A stretch of DNA of 64,000 bases from Octopus sinensis (taxonomy: Eukaryota). The stretch is from contig NC_043003.1 in the NCBI RefSeq assembly GCF_006345805.1, forward strand, positions 98,270,001 through 98,334,000. Reading direction: 5' to 3'. Position numbers and translations under genes: made by a program. Of the stretch, positions 41,701 through 56,135 are shown piece after piece. The notes beneath the pieces were generated by a model, which was given only the letters and a program-made list of their open reading frames with translations, did not search any database and was not told the DNA's origin. Position 1 is the stretch's first letter; every line of letters begins with the position of its first letter.

Positions 41701-42133
41701 CAACATCATCTTCATCGACATTACCAGCTGCAGCAGCCATGTGCAGGAAGAGTCATGACAGCAACGACAGCAACAATAACAATAAGAATAAACGGCAATA
41801 ATAGCGATTAGCAGCAATGGCGACAAAATGGCGATAACGAAGATAAGAACAGCAGCCACGACGAAAGCCACGACAACAGGAACAGCAACAACAATAGGAG
41901 ATACAGCCAGAAAACAACAGCGGCAGCCATGACATCAAGACCAACAGCACAGATAATACGAAGAGCAGCATCAGCAACAACAGCTGGAACAGCAGTAATA
42001 ACAACAACAATAATACGAAGAGGGGTGAATAACATCAACAACAACAGCAACAACTGCGGCTGTAATAATAGCAAATGAGAAACATCAAAAGCTACAACGA
42101 CAAGGACAACAGAAGAAACAGCAGAAGCAGTAA

Positions 42134-42800
42134 TCTCTCTCTATATATAAAGCTGAAGTTGTCTGTGTATGGCAGGTTTGGTAGCCTTTAACTAACACTA
42201 TCTCCTCCGAGACCCTGCGGCGCAAGTTGACCAAAATTGAGAGTATAATAGAAGGCTTGCTCTTCCTTCCGTAGAAGAAAAAATTCAAATCAGAGCATGA
42301 TAACACCAAAAATTATTTACATCAAAAAGGTGTTTTTTTTTCTATGAAAATCCCTATTTTTTTACGATTTTTTTACTACTGTCTCGCCATTTTTCGGTGT
42401 ATTTCAACCAGAAAAATCTCTCTATATATAAAGCTGAAGTTATCTCTGTATAGCAGGTTTGGTAGCCTTTAACTAACTCTATTTCCTCCGAGACCCTGCG
42501 GCGCAAGTTGACCAAAATTGAGAGTATGATAGAAGAAGGCTTGCTCTTCCTTCCGTAGAAGAAAAAAGTCAAATCAGACCATGTTAACACCAAAAATTAT
42601 TTACATCAAAAAGGTGCTTTTTTCCTATGAAAATCCCTATTTTTTTTTACCATTTTTTGACTACTGTGTCGCCATTTTTCGGTGTATTTCAACCAGAAAA
42701 ATGTTCACCTAAAGAGAATAACAAGCTACATAATACTTTTCAAAAATTTCAACTCTAAAGGGTCGAAACAAACCCGAGCAACGCCGGGAGATACTGCTAG
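42134..42800 (+). mobile_element. Non-autonomous Helitron with tandemly duplicated 5' ~283 bp
   Basis: 5' A|TC..TATATATAAAGCTGAAG at 42134 and again at 42417; 3' hairpin CCCG-AGCAACGC-CGGG followed by CTAG at 42797-42800; no target duplication. Confidence 0.8.
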
Positions 42801-43599
42801 CAACGCCATCATCATCATCATCATCAACAAAACAACACAGGCTTCAACAATAACAACAACAGCAACGGCAGTTAACATCAGCAACAACAATTACAGCTAC
42901 TACAACTACGACAGCAGAAGCAGTAATAACAATATAGACCAAAGAAGCTGTTAGGGGAAAAATATTCTCTTTCAAGTACCGGCCGTGGTTTTCTAAGTGT
43001 ATAGGAAAGAAGGTGGAAGGCGGAGTAGAGCACAGCAAGTAGGAAGTGAACTACGGTAGGGTGGGTAAGTGGTTGTGGAGTTGTTGGTGGTGTTTATGCT
43101 ATTAGGGGCTGATTGTGCGCTGCGGTGGTGGTGATAATGCTGTTAAGAGACGAGAGTAGGCAAGGTAAAGGTTAGGGAGACTAGAGGAGAGAGATGAGAG
43201 AGAAAGAGAGAGAAGGGGAGGGGGAGGGAGTAGGGGAGAGAGCTGGTGAGAGTGAAAGAGAGAGAAGGGGAGGGTTAAAGGAAAGAGCTCTTAAACAAGC
43301 GAGGATATAGAATGTCAACGTCTCTAGTGAGTGGTGTTATGTTTTATGTGGTTCCCACGGTGAAATACCTGCCAAACGACCTTACACAAAACGCATAGAG
43401 AATGCATTCCAAACACCATCATGCGCTACGACAGAGAATTTACACACACACAAACACACACGCACACACGCTCGCACATGCAAACACACACGCGCGCACA
43501 AACACTTCTGCACGAAGTTGTAAAAATATACATACAAATTTATACATTCATACATACATATACTCGCGCACATGTATGCAGACGCACACACGCATATAC

Positions 43600-43635
<36 letters not shown>

Positions 43636-43837
43636 AGTGAATTGAAGAATTCACTAATGAATTAAAATTCAATTATCCGCACCAACGCATTGTTGCAACA
43701 CCATATGGTTGTACCTCCAACCGTGCTGTCTTCTGCTGTGATTTTTGCTACCAAGGTATCGGTTAAACTTTTGATTAATCTGCAACAAGATTATTCATCT
43801 TTCTATTTCACAAAATATATATATATATATACATATG

Positions 43838-43868
<31 letters not shown>

Positions 43869-44427
43869 GTATGTATGTATCTATATATTCAAAATAGAAT
43901 TATACATACATTTGATTAGGAACATAAACAGGAAAATCAGAGCTCAATACATAGAAATTACAGAGTAATTATATCATTTTGATATATTCAAGAACCTACA
44001 TCAGTAACTGAAAAGGTAAGAGTTCCTTTGAATGCACCTACAAAAATGAAAATTTAATTAAATACAGCTTTATAATATATATATATATATATATATATCT
44101 ATATATATATATATATCGTTCGTTCCAGAAAGCTAATAGAATGAAGGGTATAAGTAGTTTGACTGGTGCAGTATCACGAAACCGCCGGCTCTTGGGCCTC
44201 TCATGTAGCTTCTCAGCTATATGGGTAACTGTAAGAGCTACTAAAGGTGCTACATCTCTGTTCTCTTGGAGGTGACTAAAGCATTTGCATGGTTGAAAAA
44301 CCTGTTCCTGCAGCACGTAGCTAAAAGTTAAAAAGCATTTCGCCTCAGTATATATGCTCGCCATGAAGGGAGAATTTCTATCCGTAGGAAGAGTTATTCA
44401 TATCTAGTTCCAAAGAAGAGATGGTAT

Positions 44428-44474
44428 CTATCACTGAGTAGTTGCATTTGCGCCGAAACACCGGTGTGTGATAG
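44428..44474 (+). ncRNA. Degenerate hammerhead-like motif
   Basis: CTATCA-CTGAGTA-(weak helix II)-GAA-ACACCGGTGT-G-TGATAG; helix I and palindromic helix III intact, core and cleavage site mutated. Confidence 0.5.
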
Positions 44475-44665
44475 TCCACTGACATCACATGGAGCGAGTA
44501 GGGTGATTACACCTTTTATCTATAAGAAAAATACGTTTTTCCAGATGAAAACTAATGTGATGAGCCATGTTCACATTGAAGTGTGCAGACAACGTCTTCA
44601 GAATTGATGTACACATTGTTTTGATTCCCACTGTTTTTTTGTCTGACTATGATTATATCTTTATC

Positions 44666-44698
<33 letters not shown>

Positions 44699-44735
44699 CA
44701 CACACACACACACACACATCATGAACTTTGGAGTA

Positions 44736-44886
44736 GGCGTAGGAGTGGCTGTGTGGTAAGTAGCTTGCTTACGAACCACATGGTTCCGGGTTCAGTCTCA
44801 CTGCGTGTCTTCTACTATAGCCTCAGGTCAACCAAAGCCTTGTGAGTGGATTTGGTAGACGGAAACTGAAAGAAGCCCGTCGTATA

Positions 44887-44937
<51 letters not shown>

Positions 44938-45172
44938 ATATATATATATATATATACGTATGTGTGTGTATATGTTTGTCCCCCCAACATCGCTTGACAA
45001 CCGATGCTGGTGTGTTTACGTCCCCGTAATTAGCGGTTCGGCAAAAGAGACCGATAGAATAAGTACTAGGCTTCCAAAGAATAAGTCCTGTGGTCGATTT
45101 GCTCGAATAAAGGCGGTACTCCAGCGTGGCCACAGTCAAATGACTGAAACAAATAAAAGAGTAAAAGAGAGT
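44736..45172 (+). mobile_element. SINE family 2, near full length
   Basis: GGCGTAGGAGTGGCTGTGTGGTAAG..TAAAAGAGTAAAAGAG. Confidence 0.9.
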
Positions 45173-45604
45173 ATCTAAGACGATGTATGAGTGTTCAGAT
45201 TTTTGCCGAACGTCCTGCACAAATGATTTGTTTATAGTGATAAAAATGTATGTACTGTACATAAGCTCACGCCCTCCAGAAAATCGACGTTGTCTGATCA
45301 GGTGAACGGTGCGCCACGCGTCAGGTGTCAAAACTGTATACACACAAACACGCGCACTCACATATAAATGTGTGTGTGTGTTTGTGACAAGTCACTTGAG
45401 ACCACTACTAGCTACGCAGAAAAACCTGTTGCATTATGGGTTCTTGCTCCCTAAAGCGACTACCTCACACAGCTCCCTTGGTGAAGAAGGAAATTTTGAG
45501 CACCCTGCAAGATGATAACCAAGATCTGTCAAAGGGCCTATGAACTCAAGGGTACATAAGCGCATTCAGTGGAAGAATTTGATAGCATTAGGTATCTTTT
45601 GTTT

Positions 45605-46056
45605 TTATATTCTTTTACTCAGGAAGAGTCATGACAGCAACGACAGCAACAATAACAATAAGAAAAACGGCAATAATAGCGATTAGCAGCAACGGCGGCA
45701 AAATGGCGATAACGAAGATAAGAACAGCAGCCACGACGAAAGCGACAACAGGAACAGCAACAACAATAGGAGAAACAGCCAGAAAACAACAGCGGCAGCA
45801 ATGACATCAAGACCAACGTATTTAAGTACGGGTATGCTGGAGTGCCATCTTGAAGTGTTTAGTCGAACAAGTCGACCCTTGTATTTAGTTTTTAATTCTG
45901 GAACTTATTCTATCGGTGTCTTTTGCCGAAACGCTAAGATACAGGGCTGTGAACGAACAAATACCGATTGTCAAGTGGTGGCGGTGCACAAACATAAACA
46001 CCAAAATACACACACACACACTCACACACTCACTTACATGCACACACAAACACATG

Positions 46057-46140
<84 letters not shown>

Positions 46141-46240
46141 AGATGAGCATCATTTTTTTCCCGCCTATCAAATGCACTCACAAATCTTTGGTCAACCCGG
46201 TGCTATAGTAGAAGTACTTTCTTGAGTTGCCCTGCATGGC
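45605..46240 (-). mobile_element. Old SINE family 2 copy interrupted by a ~200 bp templated insertion
   Basis: TTCTTTTACT..[45620-45817]..ATGCTGGAG..ACTTATTCTATCGGT.TCTTTTGCCGAA. Confidence 0.65.
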
Positions 46241-46299
46241 AGAAAATATTTTTATCTACGCAGCGACGCCTTTAGCAGTTGCTGAGCATTTCATAGACA

Positions 46300-46930
46300 C
46301 GTAATTCTCAGCGGAATCTCATATTCATTTCATGTAAAGCCATGCACTATCTTTAGTAATGCTTGCAGTTGTTTGTTATTTGGAACATACAGCTTGAGAC
46401 AATCCATTTACAAGAGATGCGTGGTTGCTTTACCAGAGAAGTTGTATCCACATCCAGTCTTGTTCAGCACGTCAATTAAAGGAGCCTACGCCAGATAGGA
46501 AAGGAATGGAGAAAGCGGGTCTCCTTGGAATGTTCAGTTTTAATAATTCCCTCTTTTGTCTATAGCTGCAGAACCGTCTGCATTTATTCGCGACATGTTT
46601 AATATATTTTATTATTTTTGGCGCTACCTTGTTCATGACTAGTGTTTCCAGGATCTATGTGCGAGCAATACTGTCAAAAGCCTTCCGGTAATCGATCCTA
46701 GTCATGCTCATACCTATTTCTTTCGGTAGTCTTCAGTTATCGCTTTGTTGTTCAATAACCGGTCCTTACAGCTATATGAGCCTCTGTAGCATCCTTAACT
46801 GCTCATTGCTATCGTGGAGGTCTTACAACACAGTTCTCCCCGCACCATTCTACTTCCCCATTACTTCTAGGTTGTTACGGCCGATCAACGTCTGCTTTTT
46901 GGTGATGCATGTTCTTAGATGTTAGTAGTT
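46300..46930 (-). mobile_element. Older degraded R4-like RT fragment
   Basis: Reverse complement gives MTRIDYRKAFDSI and FQGDPLSPFL motifs, separate from those at 47200-47700. Confidence 0.6.
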
Positions 46931-49900
46931 TTCTTTTCTTCCTGTCCAGGCACTGGAGCTCTGTAGGATTCCAGTTAATGATGTTAAAAATTGTATTGGA
47001 CTACTGGAAGTGCCAGGGTGTTAATGGCTTCGATGCGATTTTTGGAATTGAGTTCAGTTTTTAGTATGAGTCCTACTCTCCCGTAATACTCCTTTTTTAT
47101 TTTTCCTTCATAGTAGCATGTTGTATATCATCTCCCTCATTTATCCCCGGGTATTTATAACTTTCTTGTGGGTCAAGCCCCTTGATGGTAGTGTCGGTAT
47201 CTAATTTAATGGAAGCTATTTTTTTGAGTTGCTTTAGCACACTTATCAAGGCCCAAATCCATCTCGATGTCATTGCTGAACTCTTTGACAGTTGTTAGCA
47301 GCCCTACTAGCTCTTCGTCATTTCTAGCAAACAGCTCCAGATCGTCTATATAAAACAGAGGGTTTACTATATTATACACTTTGAACCCACACCTGGCATT
47401 ACTCACTCAGTTCGTTTGAGGGTGGAAACAGTGTCATGCAAAAGAGTAATGGGGAGCGAGTTACCTTGAAGGATGCCTGGTTTTGGTGTTGATTTTGTTA
47501 GATTGGCTCATCCCATTACTATGGTGTAGAAGAAGACGTCTATTCCGTTTGGTCATGCTGCCTTGTAAGAATCTGGAGACGATAGGAGAGCTCTTATATA
47601 GTTCAAGGGCCCTGGGTAACCAATTATGTGGGACACTATCAAACACTTTCCTGTAGTCTATCCTTGTCATACTCAAGTTCTTTTTGCTCCGACAATTTTC
47701 TGCAATCATTTTATTTATGAATAATTGATCTCTGCATCTATAAGAATTCCTTTTACAACCTTTTTGAGCTTGTGGAAGGATAGAGTTCTGTTCAAGGAAC
47801 GTGTATATTTTTTCAGTTAGTATCGATGTGAGACATGTTATTGGTCGGTAGTTCTTTGGATTTTTTGTGTCTTAAGATTTTGGTAGAAGGTATGCTGTTC
47901 CTTCGATCAGCCAGGTAAGTATTTGCTCTGGGTTCTGGATGACATCAGTTAAGGATACAGCAAAATGTTGGTGCCAAACAATTCAGCCAGAAGTTAAGGA
48001 TCCAGTCCAGTCCTGGGGTTTTCTATTTGTGAGACACATCTTAGCTTTTCTAGTATTATTGTCTCCCATTTCTGCTCTTCAACTTCACTCAGTTTCACTT
48101 TCTCATGTTCTATGCAGGGAGATTCAGCATTATATTCTTTTTTGCTGCTCTATATCTCCTTCCAGAATTCTTCCATTTCCTCAGTCTTAAGTGGCCCCTT
48201 TACTTCTAGCTTGCTTTAGCCAATTTCCTTCTGAAATTTCTTTGCACCCGTCTTGAATACCTTGTTTTGTCGATAAAATTTGATTCTTGTGGCATACCTT
48301 CTGAGCCGTTGGACTTTCAGCTGTATTCGTTGTTTCACTTGGTTGCAGAGTGGTTTATAAAATCTTTGATTTTATACATTTGCTTGATTTTTCTATTTGT
48401 TTCGTCTTAACATTTACTCCTTAAGCAAGTTCATCGAGAACTGATACATCTGCCCGCAGAAATTCGATCTCTTTTTGTATTGCTGCTTTCCACTTAAGAG
48501 ATCTATTGTTTGGTCCTTTTCTGTGCCGTACTGATAGTCGAGCAGTTACAACTTTAGCAGTGGAATAGATGAGGTTATTTCTCAAGATCTGTCTAAGAGC
48601 AACATTATATATCATGATTGTTATTTTTTATGCTGTTTGAGAGCTTTGGTAAATTCAGTCTTGCTGAGTTCTCTCATAATATCTTCTTTTGCTCCTATGA
48701 TATCTTTATTATTCACCTCAAATTCCATGTAATATCTATTCTGATGTTCTTCAGGTAGGTCTAATTCCTCTTTTTTCTGCATATCTGTTCTTCGCTATTC
48801 TTTCTTCAGCTTCCGCGCTGGGATGTTCTGTGCATCTGTTATCAATTTCATCTGCATTGTTGCTGTTTTCATTTGGTCTCTCATGAGATATTTGGGTCCT
48901 AATTTGGCTAATTTCAGCGTCAGTTAACCTTTTATTCTTAATGATGGCTCTACGTACATTACTTAATTTATTTGCGTCTATATATCTGCCTATTAAGTTT
49001 CTCCATGAAGTGTATGTTTGTACAACGAGGTTATTGTTTGAGTTTAGTTGGGCTTATAGAAAGCTTTCAACACATCTCTATAATCTTCTCTAGTCCATTG
49101 TTGTTTTAGGTGGTGCTTTTGGTGGTGTCTCTACCGGTCTAGGGTTATCCTGGTTTTAGTTTCTTGATAGTTTGTTCCAGCAGCAGACTTTTCGATCCCA
49201 GTCTGGTTCCCCATTGGGTAACGCGGTCCTTGTCCCGGGCCATGACCGATCCGGCCCGAGTTTTGGCTTGTCATTAAAGCATTGACGGTGAAAATAGGAG
49301 ACGGGTCTGTTTGTTTAGGGTTGACTTTTTTGACACGCCACCACTTCTTTGTTCTTTGAATGGATAGATTTGTAATATCGTTAGCTGATAGATCGAAAAT
49401 CACCTCTATTTCTTTTCTGGTAGCTATGCTTCTGGGCATCACTGCTTAGTGATGTTTCAAACTGAGTGACTAATTTGCTCCTGTTTACATTCGCTTGCGG
49501 GAAGTCGTTGTGTTTTCGTTTGGTTCGGCGTCGCTCAACGTGTTTTTCTTTTATTTTCTGTGTGTGTACGCGTGTGTCGTGTAGGCATTATTTATGTTGC
49601 TTGTAAATATTAACCTGTGTACATGGATGTATGGACATTTGCATGCATAGATAATTAATCAATGTACGTACTTACTGTGTAATTGGTGTGTTCGGTGTGT
49701 TTCTCCAGGGTTCCTGGTGTTGGTTTCGACGACTTGCGTATGTCACATTGAGATACCGCGCATTTAAGAAAGAAACTACTCTGTATTTAACAAAAATCTT
49801 TCCGGTTTTTAGTTCTTTTGCTTTAACAGAACTTTTCCCACGGTTGTATCGCAAAGTTTTCCTTCCATTGTTATTGGATGTCATTGGATTAAGTTTGTTT

Positions 49901-49950
49901 TGTGGAGAGAGCTTCTTAGTGTACGTCCATGTAGTTATTTAGTCTGGAGC
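46930..49950 (-). mobile_element. R4/Dong-like LINE, 5' region through RT, degraded and 3'-truncated
   Basis: N-terminal QWTREDY..NKLSNVRRAIIKNKRLTDAEI, then PKNYRPITC, RIDYRKVFDSVPH, FYIDDLELF, GLDKC, YKYPG; 5' flank is (AAT)n on the minus strand. The 5' boundary is uncertain. Confidence 0.82.
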
Positions 49951-49964
49951 TATTATTATTATTA

Positions 49965-50084
<120 letters not shown>

Positions 50085-50415
50085 CCATTATTATTACATT
50101 CTCAGTTCAAACTCTGCCGAGGTCGAATTTGAACTGTCATCCTTTCAGGACGACGCAATCGACTTACCACTTCCTCTTAAAAAAAATCTGGGTTTTGTGC
50201 TTATAACTAAGAAGAATTATTGTGTTTTTTTTCACAGCAGAACATGAACGAGTTATCTTAAGTGAAAGTTGCCAGGCGTCCCAACTGCTCGTGATCGTTG
50301 CCTGGGGGACGTTAAAGTCAAATATACATCAGTGAATATTTATCTTTCACATGTAACGATATACTGAAGTTACACACACGCGCGCGCGCACACACACACA
50401 TACATACACACGCAT

Positions 50416-50471
<56 letters not shown>

Positions 50472-50603
50472 ATACTAACAGAGAAGAGAATATGGTAATC
50501 TAGTTCTACACTTTTACCTCTGTGTATGTGTATATGCTCATTTCACACTGATAGTATTCTGGGTTAACAGATACCATATGCACGCATCATATATATATGC
50601 ATG

Positions 50604-50653
<50 letters not shown>

Positions 50654-50961
50654 ATATATATATATGTATATATATATACGTACGCATATATATATATAAT
50701 ATATATACTATATGTTTTTGTGAGTGTGTGTATATTTATTTATAGACACACACATACATAATACACACACACATACATGCATATATACATAGTTGGACCA
50801 CTGAATTCTACATGTTTCTTTTCGTTCTCTATTTATTTCTTCTTATTCTTTTCTGTCGAAAAGCGTAGGTTAGAATTGTAAAAGACTTTTCTATTTTTAC
50901 CAAGTAATACAGTTGCTTGTTGTTCCTACACCTGTCTTCGTCTTTTGTTTTTGTATAAATC

Positions 50962-51004
<43 letters not shown>

Positions 51005-51009
<5 letters not shown>

Positions 51010-51308
51010 GGTATTTGAGGTACTTAATTGTGCTCGCTCACGACTTAGTGTTTTGCTTCTTCCATGGGTATGAGTAAGTATCTCATTTATTTCTTTGCCA
51101 CATTTATCACTGACGAAGGGAGGGTTCTTATGAACTAACCCTGAAATCGGTCCGATATGGTAATAATGGAATGTTTTAGAAATTTCTGTCTGCTTTTTTT
51201 CGAGTAGCGTGCATATTGTGAAAAATTATATGGTAATGGACAATATGTCCAATTTTCGGCATATTTGGCATTAGAAATTTTTTCGCTTGCCCTTATTTAT
51301 AAGTTGTA
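51005..51308 (+). mobile_element. Hammerhead-bearing ~300 bp non-coding repeat between (TA)n tracts
   Basis: Homologous to 60800-61090 (GGTACTTAA..GACTTAGTG..CTTCTTCCATGGGT..TTTTCGGCATATTTGGCATTA..TATAAGTTG). Confidence 0.8.
51104..51163 (+). ncRNA. Minimal type-I hammerhead ribozyme
   Basis: TTATCA-CTGACGA-AGGG..CCCT-GAA-ATCGG(T)CCGAT-A-TGGTAA; canonical core, AUA site. Confidence 0.82.
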
Positions 51309-52469
51309 TATATATATATATATCTAGATAGATAGATATATGCATACAGAGAGCCACATATATATCAAAATATTACACTGACATTCGTTTACATAGTTAT
51401 CTATAAATATAATAGTGTGCAACGTAGCCACATATACACACACTCAGGCATTCCCACGTTCAAATATGCGCGCACTTGTGTATACACACACAGGTATATA
51501 TATATATATATATATACATATGTGTACGTGTGTATGTATTTGTGTGTGTGTGTGTGTGTATGTGTGTGTTGTATGTCACACTGGTTGGTGCGATACGTGC
51601 GTGCAGGAGTGTTCCATTGGTGTATGGTTACTGGCCATCCTGCTACAAAGACATTTGGTTACAGCTTACTGCAGCTAAAGTGACAAAAACTAAAGGACTG
51701 GTTTTCTATTGGTTATGACAACGAGCGTTCCAGTTGATTCGTTCAATCGAACAGCTTGCTCGTGAAATTAACGTGCAAGTAGCTGAGCACTTCGTAGATA
51801 TGCGTGACACAGAATGTGACAAGTCTGGCCCCTTGAAATACAGGTACAAATCGTTCTTGCCAGCTGAGCGGACTGAAGCGTCGAGAAATAAAGTATCTCG
51901 CTCAAGGACACACCGACCGTCAGGAATCAATCTCACAACTTTATGACTGTGAGCCGAACATCCTGACCACTAACTAAGTGACACGCCTTCATTAAAAGGT
52001 GGGTGGGAATGAAAAACTAAAGGAACACGCCTTCAAAACCAGATTTAAAGTGGTTTCTAAGAAAATGGGAAGAGATATAAATCTCGTTTAGCCGTTTTAT
52101 CTGCTTTATAGAAAGCCAAGGTTGCAATGCAAGTGAAATGGATGTAAAGTACTTTGGAAGAATTTTCGCGACTTATTTCTGCATAGGACGCATCAACTTC
52201 CATGGCGTTGGAACCACGCATGGTCTTTTATTCACATATTAATCTTCTATCTTTTGTTTGTTTCAGTCATTGGACTGCGCCCAGGGTGGGGCACCGCCTT
52301 GACGGGTTTAGTCGAACAAATTCATTCTAGCACTTACTTTCTTAAGCCGAGTACTTATTTCATCAGTCTTTTTTGCCGCACCTTTAAGTTACGAGGACGT
52401 GAACAAACCAACACGGGTGTTTAATCGTTGATGGGAGACAAAGACAAACTCAAAAACATACACAGGAAG

Positions 52470-53280
52470 ATAATTGGTATTAGTAACAGAGTGTCTAACT
52501 TGTCTTCTAAAGAAATTTTCGAGAAAGCAGCCTCCTACTATAACAATGCCCTAGCCAATAGTGGCTGGACGATAAATTAATGTATAATCCCTCTAATATT
52601 AATCAGAATAATGATAATAATAAATCTAGTGACATAAAAAAAATCGGAATAATAATAGACCTAACAATAGGCCAAGGAAAATTATTTGGTTCGCCTCTTC
52701 CTTTTCCCTTAATGTAAAAACTAACATAGGTAAAAGAGCCCTGTCTCTCCTAGGCATACAGGAAAATACTTAAAAGGCATTCTGTGAAATTACCATATAG
52801 CAGCTGCCTCAAAACGATGTGTATCATTACCCGAAATCAACACCAAGAGCCTAAATCTAGTTGTAACTGTCGGGACATAGGATCCACTTGACCAACGATG
52901 TTTGATTAAATCTGCCATATATGAGGCAGAAGTTAATGCAAAACTATATGATAATACAACAGATAAGAAGATCTATATTAGATTATGTGAAGGAAAATTT
53001 AAAAATCGCTATGCTCCTTCCGAAATAAGGACAAAATCAAGGCTACTAAGTTTGCTAGCCATGTATAGAGTTTGAAAACTAACGAAACACGGCATGTAAT
53101 TAAGTGGAAAATAACTGAGAAATCCATACCTTGTGTTAACGGATCAAATTAATGTAGCCTATGTTTAGTTGAAAGAGCTCAGAATCTTTTCAGATGTAAG
53201 ATCCCTAACTCTCTACTGAAGTCTAAGTCTGAAATTTTCAGCACTTGCAAACATATAAATATATTTTGAAGAATTGGAAA
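52470..53280 (+). mobile_element. Penelope-like element fragment (RT thumb to GIY-YIG), degraded
   Basis: GISNRVSNLSS.EIFEKAASYYNNALANSG, RKIIWF..FSLNVKTNIGK, CNCRD..CLIKSAIYEAEV..KIYIRLCEGKFKNRY. Confidence 0.8.
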
Positions 53281-53937
53281 ATTTCGCCTATACCTGATTA
53301 ACTTGTTATCTTTCCTGCTTTATAGTTTAAGATCTACGGAGAATAACCATTTTACCTTTTTCATTACTTTTTACATTTTAGCTTTCCCTTTTAGGTTTCC
53401 CGTTTTTAACATCCCGCTTATCTGCGAAACGATTTTCATAACGACAAATTATGTCACGTAACTTAATTTGACTCCAACAATGACCGTCACATAAGACATT
53501 AGTAGGTGATTTGCACTGGACATTGCACTTGCAAATAAACAAACTGATTGATAAATCTTCCAGGCTTTTAACCGATCTGATTCTAATTAACATTTAATTA
53601 ACAGTAAATTTCGATTGTAACGTTGTTAGATAAATATGTTTACAGTTTTAAAGTTAGAGCAAGCATATAAACATATGATTACTATTTCATATTGTCTATG
53701 GTGTGTTATGTAAACAATATATATATATATATTATTTACATAACATGCATACACATATAAATGTATGTATATATATATTATATATATATATACACATATA
53801 TTTATGTATGCACACATACACACATGTTATCGTCATATAGAAATTTAATGGTATCTTCTACTATCTCAACAAGCAATGCTTCATTACTTGATCCGTTATC
53901 AAGAGAGCACATTAGTTCATGTTACTTATATCAGCAC

Positions 53938-53983
<46 letters not shown>

Positions 53984-55199
53984 ACACACACACACACACA
54001 CACATACATACACACACACACACGCACACACACATATATATATTGTGTTAACCCTGGTGCCTACGTGGTGTTTTCTGAAGGTAGATGAACTTCAAAGGTG
54101 GAAGTGTTTACAAGTAACAACCGTCGCCGCTACCACCACCACCACCTACCAGTACTCATCACAATCATCATCATAATCATCATGATCATCATCATCATCG
54201 TTGTCACCGTCGTCGTCATCATCATCATCATCAGCAGCAGCACCAGCAGCAGCAGCAACAGCAGCAACTTTATCCATGTAAGCCACGAAATCGTTGTATA
54301 TAAACATCATTCAACGTAAAGCTCACAGCTTTCAAGAGATTTCCAGTATCAATATTCAGTGTGGAATCCTGTCCAAATCGTTACTAATATATCTCATACC
54401 TACCACACACTAAAATCTGGCAAACCCAAATATAGAATTGACGGTAAAAATAGCCTATAAAACCTCTACTATCCTAATTCCAAAATATCAATCTAACCTA
54501 AACCAATAAAAAAAAAAGCATAAAATTATAGATTCTTCGAATCAAACATCCTTTGATATAGTGAACCGTAAAAAGTGCGAGAGAAAAATTGTAACGCGGC
54601 AAGCACTCCTTACACTATAATTTACAAAATGTTCACTTCTAACCGTCAATACCACAGTATCTTCAATAGATACACAATAAAACCCTCATACTCCACAACA
54701 CAAGACCCCAGCAGGTAACATCGAATTCTCAACCATCTCAAAAATGTTTTAAATGCATCAAGCAAAACCCATGTTCGGAATGTGACGCAAGATATCTCTT
54801 TTTTTTCTTATATAGATGGCACTAAAAGTCCTAATCTTGATAGAAAAGCACCGATATAAATCTCAGCTAAAATTCAAAAGGTAACTGTTCCTGGACCAGA
54901 ATAATTGATTCTTATTAAGTCAACTGTACTGAGCATTTTGTGTCCATTCTCGGGCTCGCATTAACTACTACTCCGAATCCTTTTGTTCCATAATGTCGAC
55001 ATTGTTTTTTTCTTCTTCTATGTACATACAGCTACAACACCTAATTTACAAGCACTGATGGCCCAGAACCTCTCATAATCCGCACTAATTCGCACTAATG
55101 TATAGGTTTCTATGTTTCAGTTCATTTTTTAATTATGCTTAATGGTTGTTTAATTTAGAGTGTCTTGACTAAGGTGACCATCTCTGGTGTGAAAAAATC

Positions 55200-55860
55200 A
55201 GTAATACGAAGAGGCTTTGGCAAAATCGAAGCTGTACTTGCTCATTCAGTGCAGCCATCGCGTAGCAACGGTTCCGGTTCAAGAGGTGTGTTTACCAACA
55301 TCGATCTCTGTGAACACAGTCCATATTTCCAGACCAGATCAATAAACAAACTTCTTCAACCACATCCACGTTCCTGCCTCTGGTTCCCACGCAAGCTGTC
55401 TCCTCTATCCGCCTTCTTCATTAGTATCTATTACTATTATAATGACTTCTGCTTCTCCGATTTGGTTGGTATTGTGCTCTTCCATACTTACCCTCTCTAT
55501 TCCTATCACTCTTGTGTCCAATGACCAGCCCCAACTACTGACAATCAGAGACGTTTCTACTTACCTATTTCTTTACTACCCACAAGGGGCTAAACACAGA
55601 GAGGACAAACAAGGACAGACAAATAGATTATATCGACCCCAGTGAGTAACTGGTACTTAATTTATCGACCCCGAAGGATGAAAGGCAAAGTCGACCACGG
55701 CGGAATTTGAACTCAGAACGTACGGCAGACGCAATACGGCTACGCATTTCGCCCGGCGTGCTAACGTTTCTGCCAGCTCACCGTTTCTACTTACCGTCTT
55801 CTCAAACACAAGTTCTATTCTTCTGGGATAGCAAACTGCTTGCGTACCGTCTTCACCCTA
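55200..55860 (+). mobile_element. Possible ancient CR1/Jockey-like LINE 3' remnant
   Basis: LLQP..SIYYYYNDFCFSDLVGIV resembles the LQPL..FYRYYNG.CSSEL LINE C-terminal motif; very degraded. Confidence 0.35.
55566..55781 (-). mobile_element. SINE family 1 with 14 bp target-site duplication
   Basis: CGTTTCTACTTACC on both sides (~55552-55565 and ~55782-55795). Confidence 0.88.
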
Positions 55861-56034
55861 ACCTACTTACTGCACCCTTCGGCTAGTAATGCTCAATGTT
55901 TATTTCCTTTTGCCAAAATGGCAATAACGACGGCAAAGATGACAATGAAGGTGATGTTGAACAAGGAAGTGATGACAGGTACCATGCCGTAGACGAAAAC
56001 GGTGACAACGACATCAACAAAACAAGAGCAGCTA

Positions 56035-56135
<101 letters not shown>

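Noticed and set aside
40617-41871. Long ORFs of 171-312 aa
   Set aside because: They are open only because the GAA/TTC tract lacks stop codons; all frames are low complexity.
54330-55240. DFAKA-like RT motif on the minus strand near 55215-55232
   Set aside because: Isolated match with no other RT motifs in register.
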